Shown: piece after piece, positions 56,962 through 64,000 of the stretch
How the letters are laid out: every line of letters begins with the position of its first letter
Numbering within the stretch: position 1 is the first letter of the stretch
Source: Rhodospirillales bacterium
Lineage (GTDB): Bacteria > Pseudomonadota > Alphaproteobacteria > Rhodospirillales > UBA2165
Reading direction: 5' to 3'
DNA: 64,000 nucleotides
Assembly: GCA_022823235.1 (NCBI GenBank)
Contig: JAJDXO010000024.1
Location: 10,280-74,279, forward strand
Program-made: the position numbers and the translations under genes
The notes under the pieces: model-generated
What the model was told of the DNA's origin: nothing
Database searches by the model: none
The model's input: only the letters and a program-made list of their open reading frames with translations

Positions 56962-58119
56962 ATGCAAACGATGAATCCGGTGCTGCAAGTCGGGGCATAT
57001 GATTGGAATCCCGATGTCGTGCCGCCGGCTGAATTTCAGTCCCGATTGTCGAGCCTTCGCGAACACATGCTCGCCGGGGGGTGGTCGGGGGCGGCCGTGT
57101 TCGGGGATCGCCCGGATCACGGAAACCTCTCCTATCTGACGAATTTTACCCCGCGCCTTAGCGGCGCATTGGCCTTGATCCCCGCCAAGGGCGACGTGCG
57201 CATTCTGTCGTTCGACGGCGGGCGCATGATTCCGGCGGGCAAGGAGACCACCTGGGTGGACGATGTCAGACCGGCCAAGGACCTCGCCGCGGCGACGCAC
57301 GAGTGGATCGCCGAACTCGGTAACGGCGCCCGGATCGCCGCCATCGGCTTCGGCGCCATGCCAAAAGGGATATTCGACAGTCTCGCGACGGTCCCGGGCT
57401 TCGCCGATGCGGACGACGTCACCGAATTCCTGCTGAACCTGCGGCGGCGCAAGTCGCCCGCCGAGGCGGCGGCCATACGCGGGGCGGCGGCGTTGCTGAC
57501 ACAGGCGGAAGCGAAAATTCACGCCTGCCGGGAGGAAGGCGCTTCGTTTACGGCAAGCGTCTTGTCGGCGGAAACCGCGGCCCGCAGGGCCGGCGCCCAG
57601 GATATACGATCGCTCTACTCGCCGGATGGCGGACGCACGTTCATTCCGGTCGAGCATCCGACGGATGCGGCGGAGGGGCCGTTGGCCGCATACCTGGCGG
57701 TCAGGAACCGAGGCTATTGGGTCGACGGCTTCATAACCGCCGGCGCCGTCGGCGCGCCCGCGGGCGAAGCCGCCGGACGGGCGCTTCAGGCGATGATGGA
57801 CAAGGCGAGGGACGGAGCCTCGATCTCCGATCTTCGGGCCGCCCGGAACAGCCGCTTGGGGAAGATGCGGGCCCATGACGTCGTCGGCGACGGTTGCGGG
57901 TCCGGGCTCGGCCTGTCGCTGGGCGAACATCCCGACCTAACCGACGGCTCGGACCTGCCCCTCAGGTCCGGCGATATCTGCTCGCTCAAGGTCGGCGTCG
58001 CCGACGACGAAGCCGGCGCCGCCATAATTTCGGCCGTCGTCCGGATAACGGGTGACGGCCGGGAGGTCCTGTGGCAACCCGTGGACCGGGAAAGCATGGC
58101 CGCGGCCGGAGGCGGGTAA
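56962..58119 (+). CDS. Degenerate M24-fold protein 2
   Basis: Creatinase-like N-domain (HGNLSYLTNF), RRRKSPAE and GSGLGLSLGEHP; metal ligands absent. Confidence 0.65.
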   Translation: MQTMNPVLQVGAYDWNPDVVPPAEFQSRLSSLREHMLAGGWSGAAVFGDRPDHGNLSYLTNFTPRLSGALALIPAKGDVRILSFDGGRMIPAGKETTWVDDVRPAKDLAAATHEWIAELGNGARIAAIGFGAMPKGIFDSLATVPGFADADDVTEFLLNLRRRKSPAEAAAIRGAAALLTQAEAKIHACREEGASFTASVLSAETAARRAGAQDIRSLYSPDGGRTFIPVEHPTDAAEGPLAAYLAVRNRGYWVDGFITAGAVGAPAGEAAGRALQAMMDKARDGASISDLRAARNSRLGKMRAHDVVGDGCGSGLGLSLGEHPDLTDGSDLPLRSGDICSLKVGVADDEAGAAIISAVVRITGDGREVLWQPVDRESMAAAGGG

Positions 58120-58123
58120 CAGG

Positions 58124-59449
58124 TTGCCGATACTGACCGATCTTGCCGGGCAACTGGCGAATGCCGCCGGGACGCCGTTGCCGGACGCGGATCGCGGCGT
58201 GTTGAGCTTGCACCTGCTGGATACGGTCGGCGCGACACTCGCCGGGGCGGCGACGGCCGATGCGCAATCGGCGTTCCGATTTCTGTCCGGCGGCGGATCC
58301 GTCGACCATGCGGCCGCCAATTGCACGGCGACCCGCCTGTCCGAGATCGACGACATCCATTTGCCGTCCGGATGTACGCCGGGCTCGATCATCGTTCCGG
58401 CCGCCCTTACCATGTCCGCGTACCTGAAGGTCCATGACCCGGACCGCGTAAGCGCGGCCCTGGTTGCCGGTTATGAAGCCATGACGCGGCTGGCGGCATC
58501 CGTCGACGGCCAGAACATCGTCTACAAGGGGGTTTGGACGACCTACCTGACGGCGCCGTTCGGCGCGGCCGCGGTGACCGCCGCGCTGCTCAATCTCGAT
58601 GATGAGCGGACGGCGCATGCGCTGTCGATCGCGCTTACCTCTCTCGCGGGCCGGATAGGCCAGCCGGGTAATGTCCGGACCTCCCGCTGGCTGATGGCGG
58701 GGCAGGCTGCCCGCGCTGGGTGCTTCGCCGCGCTGGCGGCGGCCGACGGGTTCCACGGCGATCTCGCGCTTTTGGACGGCGACTGGATGGCGACGGCACA
58801 CGGCCTTCAGTGCGACCCGCGGCACTTTTCAAAGGCTCCCGGAAGCCCGATGGTGGTTCACGACATCAGCATGAAGCCTTATTGCTCCGCCAAGCAGGTG
58901 GTCGCGGCCATCGCCGGCTTCGAGGAAATTCTCGGACGCGGCGTCCGGCCGGACGGCATCGATGAGGTCATCGTGTCGGTTCCCGGGCGTTACGCGAAAA
59001 TGATCGATCACGGTGTCGTCGAGGGCAACCGCCTGTCGAGCGCGACCAGCGCGCCCTACCAGCTCTCATTGGCCGCCTATCACAAGCCGGGGCTGTTTGA
59101 CGTGGCGCGGTCCAGCTACGTGCTGACCGAAGACATCACGGCCCTCATGGAAAAGGTTCATGTCGAGGTCGACGAGAAACTCGGGGCCCATCTCCCCGGC
59201 CGGTGGCCGGCCCGGGTGCGCGTGGAGGCGGGCGGCCGGTCGGAAGCAGCGACAATCATCGAAGCGCCGGGGGATCCAAAGCGGCGATTTACCGCCGAGG
59301 AGACATCGGCCAAATTCACCAATTTCACGTCACTCGTCCTGGACGCGGCCGAAGTGGATAACTGGAGATCCCTGTCGGCAGGCGCGCTCGAGAGCGCCGG
59401 CGCCCTCATGCGATTGCAGGAGAAATATCTCTCGATTTGGGAGGTCTAG
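58124..59449 (+). CDS. MmgE/PrpD family protein (start inferred at TTG 58124)
   Basis: HLLDTVG, EIDDIHLPSGCTPG, MKPYCSAK and EAPGDP. Confidence 0.82.
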   Translation: MPILTDLAGQLANAAGTPLPDADRGVLSLHLLDTVGATLAGAATADAQSAFRFLSGGGSVDHAAANCTATRLSEIDDIHLPSGCTPGSIIVPAALTMSAYLKVHDPDRVSAALVAGYEAMTRLAASVDGQNIVYKGVWTTYLTAPFGAAAVTAALLNLDDERTAHALSIALTSLAGRIGQPGNVRTSRWLMAGQAARAGCFAALAAADGFHGDLALLDGDWMATAHGLQCDPRHFSKAPGSPMVVHDISMKPYCSAKQVVAAIAGFEEILGRGVRPDGIDEVIVSVPGRYAKMIDHGVVEGNRLSSATSAPYQLSLAAYHKPGLFDVARSSYVLTEDITALMEKVHVEVDEKLGAHLPGRWPARVRVEAGGRSEAATIIEAPGDPKRRFTAEETSAKFTNFTSLVLDAAEVDNWRSLSAGALESAGALMRLQEKYLSIWEV

Positions 59450-59568
59450 GGTCTGCACTCAATTGAGCCGCCATATGAGTGTTGCGGCGATGAGGACGGA
59501 CGCCGGGTGAGGGGATGAGCCTGCGAGCCATAGCCATAGCCACAGCGGCGGCGGCATAAAATGATTTC

Positions 59569-59649
59569 GTCATGGCCGGGCCCGGACCCGGCCATCCACG
59601 TGTTTCACGGCCGCCAGGCGTGGATCACCGGGTCAAGCCCGGTGATGAC
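59569..59649. repeat. Alphaproteobacterial REP-like palindromic element
   Basis: GTCATGGCCGGG...CCCGGCCATCCACG...CGTGGATCACCGGGTCAAGCCCGGTGATGAC matches a widespread intergenic repeat type. Confidence 0.75.
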
Positions 59650-59733
59650 GACATTGCGGGTGAGCGGGGAGTGGGGACAGGGTGAGGGGGGCAAAAACGA
59701 GAATCCCCTAATTGAGGCCGGACCCTAGCTTCC

Positions 59734-61497
59734 TTATTCCGCCGCCGTTTGGGCCGCCGCGCGGCGCTTCGATCTCAGTTCCTCGGTCGCCGGCCCATCG
59801 ACCTCGCTGGTTGCGTCATCGATGACCACGCCGTAATCGTCCCGGGCCGCCTCGGCCGACACATACCCTTCCTTGACATCGTCGGCGACAAGCCCGGCCT
59901 CCCGCTCCAAGGGGTTTCCCCACCCGCCGCCGCCGCCGGTGCGGACAATGAGCTGCGAGTTCTTGGGCAACAAGTTGCGCGGCGTGTCCGCCACGGAGAA
60001 ATCGTCCTCTCCCGGCGTTCTGTACAGAAATTCACCGACCTTGCCGGGCTTGCCCTCCCACAGCCCCCACGCCGGGCAAATCTCTCCCCGCTTCGGGGGC
60101 TCGCAAATCCACGTCCCGTCGACCAGCACCTCGACGAGGGTCTGCATGCCGAGGCCGCCCCGGTACCGCCCGGCCCCGCCGGAATCGGTCCGCAGCGTCC
60201 TCTCTTCGATGATCACGGGGCATTTCAGTTCAATGCCCTCGATCGTCGCATTGCGGACGTCCCCCTGGCAGACGCTGACGGTTGCGGACTCGCCGTTCTC
60301 GTGCGGCCTCCCGCCCCAGCCGCCGCCCTCGATGCTTTGGACGATGAACCTCTTGCCGGTCTTCGGGTGGATACCGGTGAAAACCACCGGCCCGCCGAGC
60401 AGGCCGAAGTGGGCCGCCGGGATCGTGTCCTTCATCCCGGGGGCGAGCGCGCGGATGACGGTATCGACGACGGTCGGGACGATGACGCTCCACATGCACA
60501 TGGGCGCCGGATAGACCGCCATCATGATATTGCCCTCGGGGATGACGACATCGACGGCGCGGAAAGAACCTTCGTTGACCGGTTCGGTCGGCGCCGTCAG
60601 AGCCTTGTAGGCCACCCGCGCGCCGGCCAGGGTTCTGGAATTGATCGCGGCGCGGCGGGCATCGGCGCACCCGGACAGATCGATGGTCATGTCGCTGCCC
60701 GCGACCGTGACCTTGGCGTGAATGCGGATCGGCTCGCCGATCTCGATCCCGTCGTCGGTCAGAAACGCCTCGGCTTCGTACACCCCATCGGCGATGCCGG
60801 TCACCACGTTCCGGCATTTCTGTTCGGTCTCGTCGAAAATCCGATCCAGCGCCGCGTGAATGATGCCGGGGCCGAATTTCTCGAACAGTTCCTCCAGACG
60901 GCGTGTGGCCAAGCGGCAGGCCGCGATCTGCGAACGCATGTCGCCAAGGGAGGATTCCGGAAACCGGATATTGTCGTGAATAAGCTTATAGAGCGTTTCG
61001 TTCCGCTCGCCCGCCTCGTAGATTTTCAGTTGATCGAACTGGAGTCCTTCCATCCAGGGATCGGCAACATCCGGACCGCCGCCGAAGCCGGTGCTCATGC
61101 CGCCGACGTCGATCCAGTGGGCCCGCACCATGGAGAAGAAGATCAACTCACCCTCAAAAAAGAACGGGGTGTAGATGACGATATTGTTGAGATGCTGCCC
61201 GGCGACCCGCTGGTGGTTGGTGATGATCACGTCGCCCGGTTGAAAGCCGTCGGCGCCGATCTTTTCCATGCCGTCCTCGATCACCACCCCGAGGTCGGCG
61301 ACGAAATGCGACACCCCGCCGACATTCTGCGACACCAGTTCGCCGTTGGGTTTGACCACGGCGGTGCAGAAATCACGGACCTCGTAAATCATCATGTTGT
61401 AAGAGGTCCGCTGGAGATCCGCCGCCATTTCGTTGGCGATGGCCGGAAAGGCGTTGCGGACCACTTCGAGAGTCACGGGATCGAGTGTTGTGCTCAT
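59734..61497 (-). CDS. Hydantoinase B / 5-oxoprolinase family subunit (copy 2)
   Basis: DPVTLEVVRN, HLNN, HWIDVGG and DSGGAGRYRGG. Confidence 0.92.
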   Translation of the reverse strand: MSTTLDPVTLEVVRNAFPAIANEMAADLQRTSYNMMIYEVRDFCTAVVKPNGELVSQNVGGVSHFVADLGVVIEDGMEKIGADGFQPGDVIITNHQRVAGQHLNNIVIYTPFFFEGELIFFSMVRAHWIDVGGMSTGFGGGPDVADPWMEGLQFDQLKIYEAGERNETLYKLIHDNIRFPESSLGDMRSQIAACRLATRRLEELFEKFGPGIIHAALDRIFDETEQKCRNVVTGIADGVYEAEAFLTDDGIEIGEPIRIHAKVTVAGSDMTIDLSGCADARRAAINSRTLAGARVAYKALTAPTEPVNEGSFRAVDVVIPEGNIMMAVYPAPMCMWSVIVPTVVDTVIRALAPGMKDTIPAAHFGLLGGPVVFTGIHPKTGKRFIVQSIEGGGWGGRPHENGESATVSVCQGDVRNATIEGIELKCPVIIEERTLRTDSGGAGRYRGGLGMQTLVEVLVDGTWICEPPKRGEICPAWGLWEGKPGKVGEFLYRTPGEDDFSVADTPRNLLPKNSQLIVRTGGGGGWGNPLEREAGLVADDVKEGYVSAEAARDDYGVVIDDATSEVDGPATEELRSKRRAAAQTAAE

Positions 61498-63581
61498 GCG
61501 TTCAGCCCCACGGAAATAATCATCTCGCCCGTCTCGGCGACGCGGCAGCGGTCGCCGGCGAACATCACCGTCGTCGATGCGTACTCCTGGACCAGCGCGG
61601 GGCCCTCGAATTCAAATCCGGGACCGAGCGCGGTCCGTTCATGGACCGGGCACGCCGCCGGCGCCGTTGGATCGTCAAGGTACACCTGGCGCCGCTTGGG
61701 TTCCATACCACTTCCGTCGGCGCCGATCTGCGGCAGGGCCAACGTCGGACGGCGGCCCATGGCGACAAGGCGGAGATTGACCACCTCGACGGGTTCGTCC
61801 GCGGCGTGATGGGCATAGCGGAGCTCATGGAGATCGTCGTAGGCCTTGCGGATCGCCGGGACGTCGCCCGCCTTGATCAGCTCCAGCGAGACCGGGACCG
61901 ACAGCGTGAACTCCTGGCCGACATAGCGCAGATCCAGCTTGACCTGGAACTCCATATTGTCTCCCAGCTTCAGTTCGGCCTTCGCCTGTCCGACCATTTC
62001 GTCGTGGATTCTCTCCAGTACCGAAAAATCCACCTGTTCGAGGCCGGCGAGGCAGGTCTGGATGAAGTCCTGGCGCTCGTCCGCCATGAGCATCCCCAGC
62101 GCCGAAAAGTGCGCGGGGAAGCGCGGAATGATCACCGTCGGGATATGAAGCTCGCGGGCAATGGCGACGGCATGAAGCGGACCGGCGCCGCCGGAGGCGA
62201 ACATGGCGAAATCCCGGGGGTCGTAGCCCTTCTCGACCGAAACTTCCCGGACCGCGAGGGACATTTTGGTGATGGCGATCCGAATAATCGCCTGGGCGGC
62301 TTCGTACACATCCATGCCGAGGGGTCCGGCGACTTTCTCCTTGGTGCCGGCGATCGCGCCCTCGAGGTCGAGGGGCATTTCGCCGCCCAGAAAATCCGAT
62401 GCGCCGACGCGGCCGAGGATCACGTTGGCGTCGGTGATGGTCGGTTCCCGGCCGCCGCCCGCGTAGCAGATGGGCCCCGGATCGGCGCCCGAGCTTTGCG
62501 GGCCCACCTTGAGCGCGCCGACATCGTCGATCCAGGCAATGCTGCCGCCCCCGGCGCCCACCTCGACCACATCGACAACCGGCGCCATGACCGGGTCGCC
62601 GCTTGCGTAGCCGCCGACGTAATAGCCCTCGGCGGTCGTAGCCTGCCGGTCCCGGATCAGGCTGGCTTTTGCAGTGGTGCCGCCCATGTCGAATGAGATG
62701 ACGTCGTCATAGCCGAGCGCGCCGCCCACCTCGGCGGACGCGATGATGCCGCCGACCGGACCGGATTCCATCATGTTGACCGGTTTCTTGACCGCCACAT
62801 CCGGCGCCATGACGCCGCCGTTGGACTGCATAATGGACAAATCGCCCTTGAATCCGATGTCGTGCAGCCGTTGCTCGAGCCCGTGAACGTAGCCGCTCAT
62901 CCGGGGGCCGATATAGGCGTTCACCACCGTCGTCGAGGTCCGTTCGAACTCCCTGTATTCACGCAGGATCTCGTGGGAGAGCGAGACGTAGATATCCGGC
63001 AGTTTTTGCGCCAGCACCTCTCCCGCCAGCTGCTCGTGGACGGGGTTCGCATAGGCATGAAGAAAGCAAACGGCAACGGCCTCGATATCCAGGGATTTCA
63101 GCCGATCGCAAATGGGGTCCAACTGGGCCGGGTCCATTGGGTCCCGGATTTCGCCGCCCGCCAGAATGCGTTCCGCGACTTCGAAGGTCAGGCTGCGGGG
63201 AACCAGCGGCCGATGCCGATGAAAGAGCAGATTGTAGGATTCCGGGCGGTTGCCGCGGCCGATGGTATAAACATCGCGCGTGCCCTTGGTGACGAGGAGG
63301 GCCGTCTTGGCGCCCTTGCGCTCGATCAGCGTGTTGATCGCCTGGGTGGTCCCGTGGATGACGTCGCCGGCCCCGCCGACTTCGAGACCGCTCTTGTCGA
63401 TGCAGTCGAGGATGCCCTGGGCCAGGTCGTGGGGGGTTGTCGGGCTCTTTGCCTGATAGAAGCCCTGCGACGCCACGTCAAAGGCCATCAAGTCGGTGAA
63501 GGTGCCGCCGATGTCAGCTGCAAGGCGTATTCCACCGCCGGAAACTGATTTTTTTGTATGTTTTTCAATATCTTGTTTCAT
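61494..63581 (-). CDS. Hydantoinase A / 5-oxoprolinase family subunit (copy 2)
   Basis: DIGGTFTD, HGTTQAIN, ESGPVGG and DMGGTTAK. Confidence 0.92.
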   Translation of the reverse strand: MKQDIEKHTKKSVSGGGIRLAADIGGTFTDLMAFDVASQGFYQAKSPTTPHDLAQGILDCIDKSGLEVGGAGDVIHGTTQAINTLIERKGAKTALLVTKGTRDVYTIGRGNRPESYNLLFHRHRPLVPRSLTFEVAERILAGGEIRDPMDPAQLDPICDRLKSLDIEAVAVCFLHAYANPVHEQLAGEVLAQKLPDIYVSLSHEILREYREFERTSTTVVNAYIGPRMSGYVHGLEQRLHDIGFKGDLSIMQSNGGVMAPDVAVKKPVNMMESGPVGGIIASAEVGGALGYDDVISFDMGGTTAKASLIRDRQATTAEGYYVGGYASGDPVMAPVVDVVEVGAGGGSIAWIDDVGALKVGPQSSGADPGPICYAGGGREPTITDANVILGRVGASDFLGGEMPLDLEGAIAGTKEKVAGPLGMDVYEAAQAIIRIAITKMSLAVREVSVEKGYDPRDFAMFASGGAGPLHAVAIARELHIPTVIIPRFPAHFSALGMLMADERQDFIQTCLAGLEQVDFSVLERIHDEMVGQAKAELKLGDNMEFQVKLDLRYVGQEFTLSVPVSLELIKAGDVPAIRKAYDDLHELRYAHHAADEPVEVVNLRLVAMGRRPTLALPQIGADGSGMEPKRRQVYLDDPTAPAACPVHERTALGPGFEFEGPALVQEYASTTVMFAGDRCRVAETGEMIISVGLNA

Positions 63582-63608
63582 GATCGAAGCTCGACAGACT
63601 ACTGATGG

Positions 63609-63784
63609 AATCGGGTCAGCGTAAGCATACTGTAAGAGGATTCACTCCAACGCCGGGTTTTGAATCGCCGGCAGGCTGCCGGCGCGACCGCCGAGGAACG
63701 AACCCGCATCGAGCGCTCTCAACGCCGGCCACGATACTCCTTGGCATCGTAACAGCGAAATCGCGGAGCGTCACCGCGACCCGA
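63609..63784 (-). ncRNA. Conserved 176-bp non-coding leader, copy 2
   Basis: 165/176 identical to 11509-11684; fills the gap between the cyclase stop (63788) and 27 nt before the hydantoinase A ATG. Confidence 0.55.
63746..63774 (-). promoter_or_regulatory. Putative sigma70 promoter, copy 2
   Basis: GTGACG-N17-TACGAT with TG extension; the -10 differs from copy 1 only at a weakly constrained position. Confidence 0.5.
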
Positions 63785-63787
63785 CCC

Positions 63788-64000
63788 TCAGCCGTTCAGA
63801 CTGAAGACGTCGATCTCGCCGGCGCGTCCCTTGACGCGGTGGCGGCCGGCCGGTTTCGGTGTAAAACCCGAGCCCAAACCGGCCGCCGTTTCACCGCTGA
63901 CCAGGATCGCGGCCTCGGTGCCTTCGGGGAATAGCGTCTTGCCCAGCTGTTCGAGACGCTGGCCGACATTCACGGCGTCGCCGATGATCGTGTAGTTGAT
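63788..64000 (-). CDS. Class III adenylate/guanylate cyclase, C-terminal fragment (runs off the window)
   Basis: NYTIIGDAVNVGQRLE and VKGR are cyclase catalytic-domain motifs. Confidence 0.85.
   Translation of the reverse strand: MNYTIIGDAVNVGQRLEQLGKTLFPEGTEAAILVSGETAAGLGSGFTPKPAGRHRVKGRAGEIDVFSLNG

Noticed and set aside
1-64000. tRNA, rRNA, CRISPR array, integrase, prophage or defence genes
   Set aside because: No cloverleaf, rRNA signature, regularly spaced repeat-spacer array or such proteins were seen by eye; tRNAscan and Infernal were not run.

Overview
A GC-rich, alphaproteobacterial-type catabolic region with no rRNA, tRNA or CRISPR visible. It has four blocks. (1) 1-11.5 kb: aromatic/heterocycle module (partial UbiD decarboxylase, TRAP transporter, Rieske oxygenase, flavin monooxygenase fused to cytochrome b5) facing a hydantoinase/oxoprolinase A-B operon. 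(2) 11.8-39.3 kb: organosulfonate island with an IS630 relic at the left end and gene scars at the right. It holds soeABC, pta, xsc, a sulfoacetate module (SCS-like ligase pair, sauS, TTT transporter, IclR), an isethionate-type module (GMC dehydrogenase, TRAP, IclR) and a non-canonical SDH-like B-C-D-A operon with a two-subunit Fe-S hydratase, which may be a C3-sulfonate route. (3) 39.4-59.4 kb: aromatic module (TRAP, FAH, LysR, LigAB, a PobA homologue with altered active-site residues, two paralogous FAD monooxygenases, multicopper oxidase, HsaA-type oxygenase, arylsulfotransferase, decarboxylase, two M24-fold proteins, PrpD-fold protein). (4) 59.7-64 kb: second hydantoinase/oxoprolinase operon and the end of a class III cyclase. 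The strongest unexplained signal is a 176-bp non-coding element (165/176 identical, no indels) directly upstream of both divergent hydantoinase operons, 52.1 kb apart. It carries a promoter-like motif, and several of its substitutions preserve stem-loops, so it is a candidate novel cis-regulatory RNA. All alignments and residue assignments were made by eye; no searches were run.
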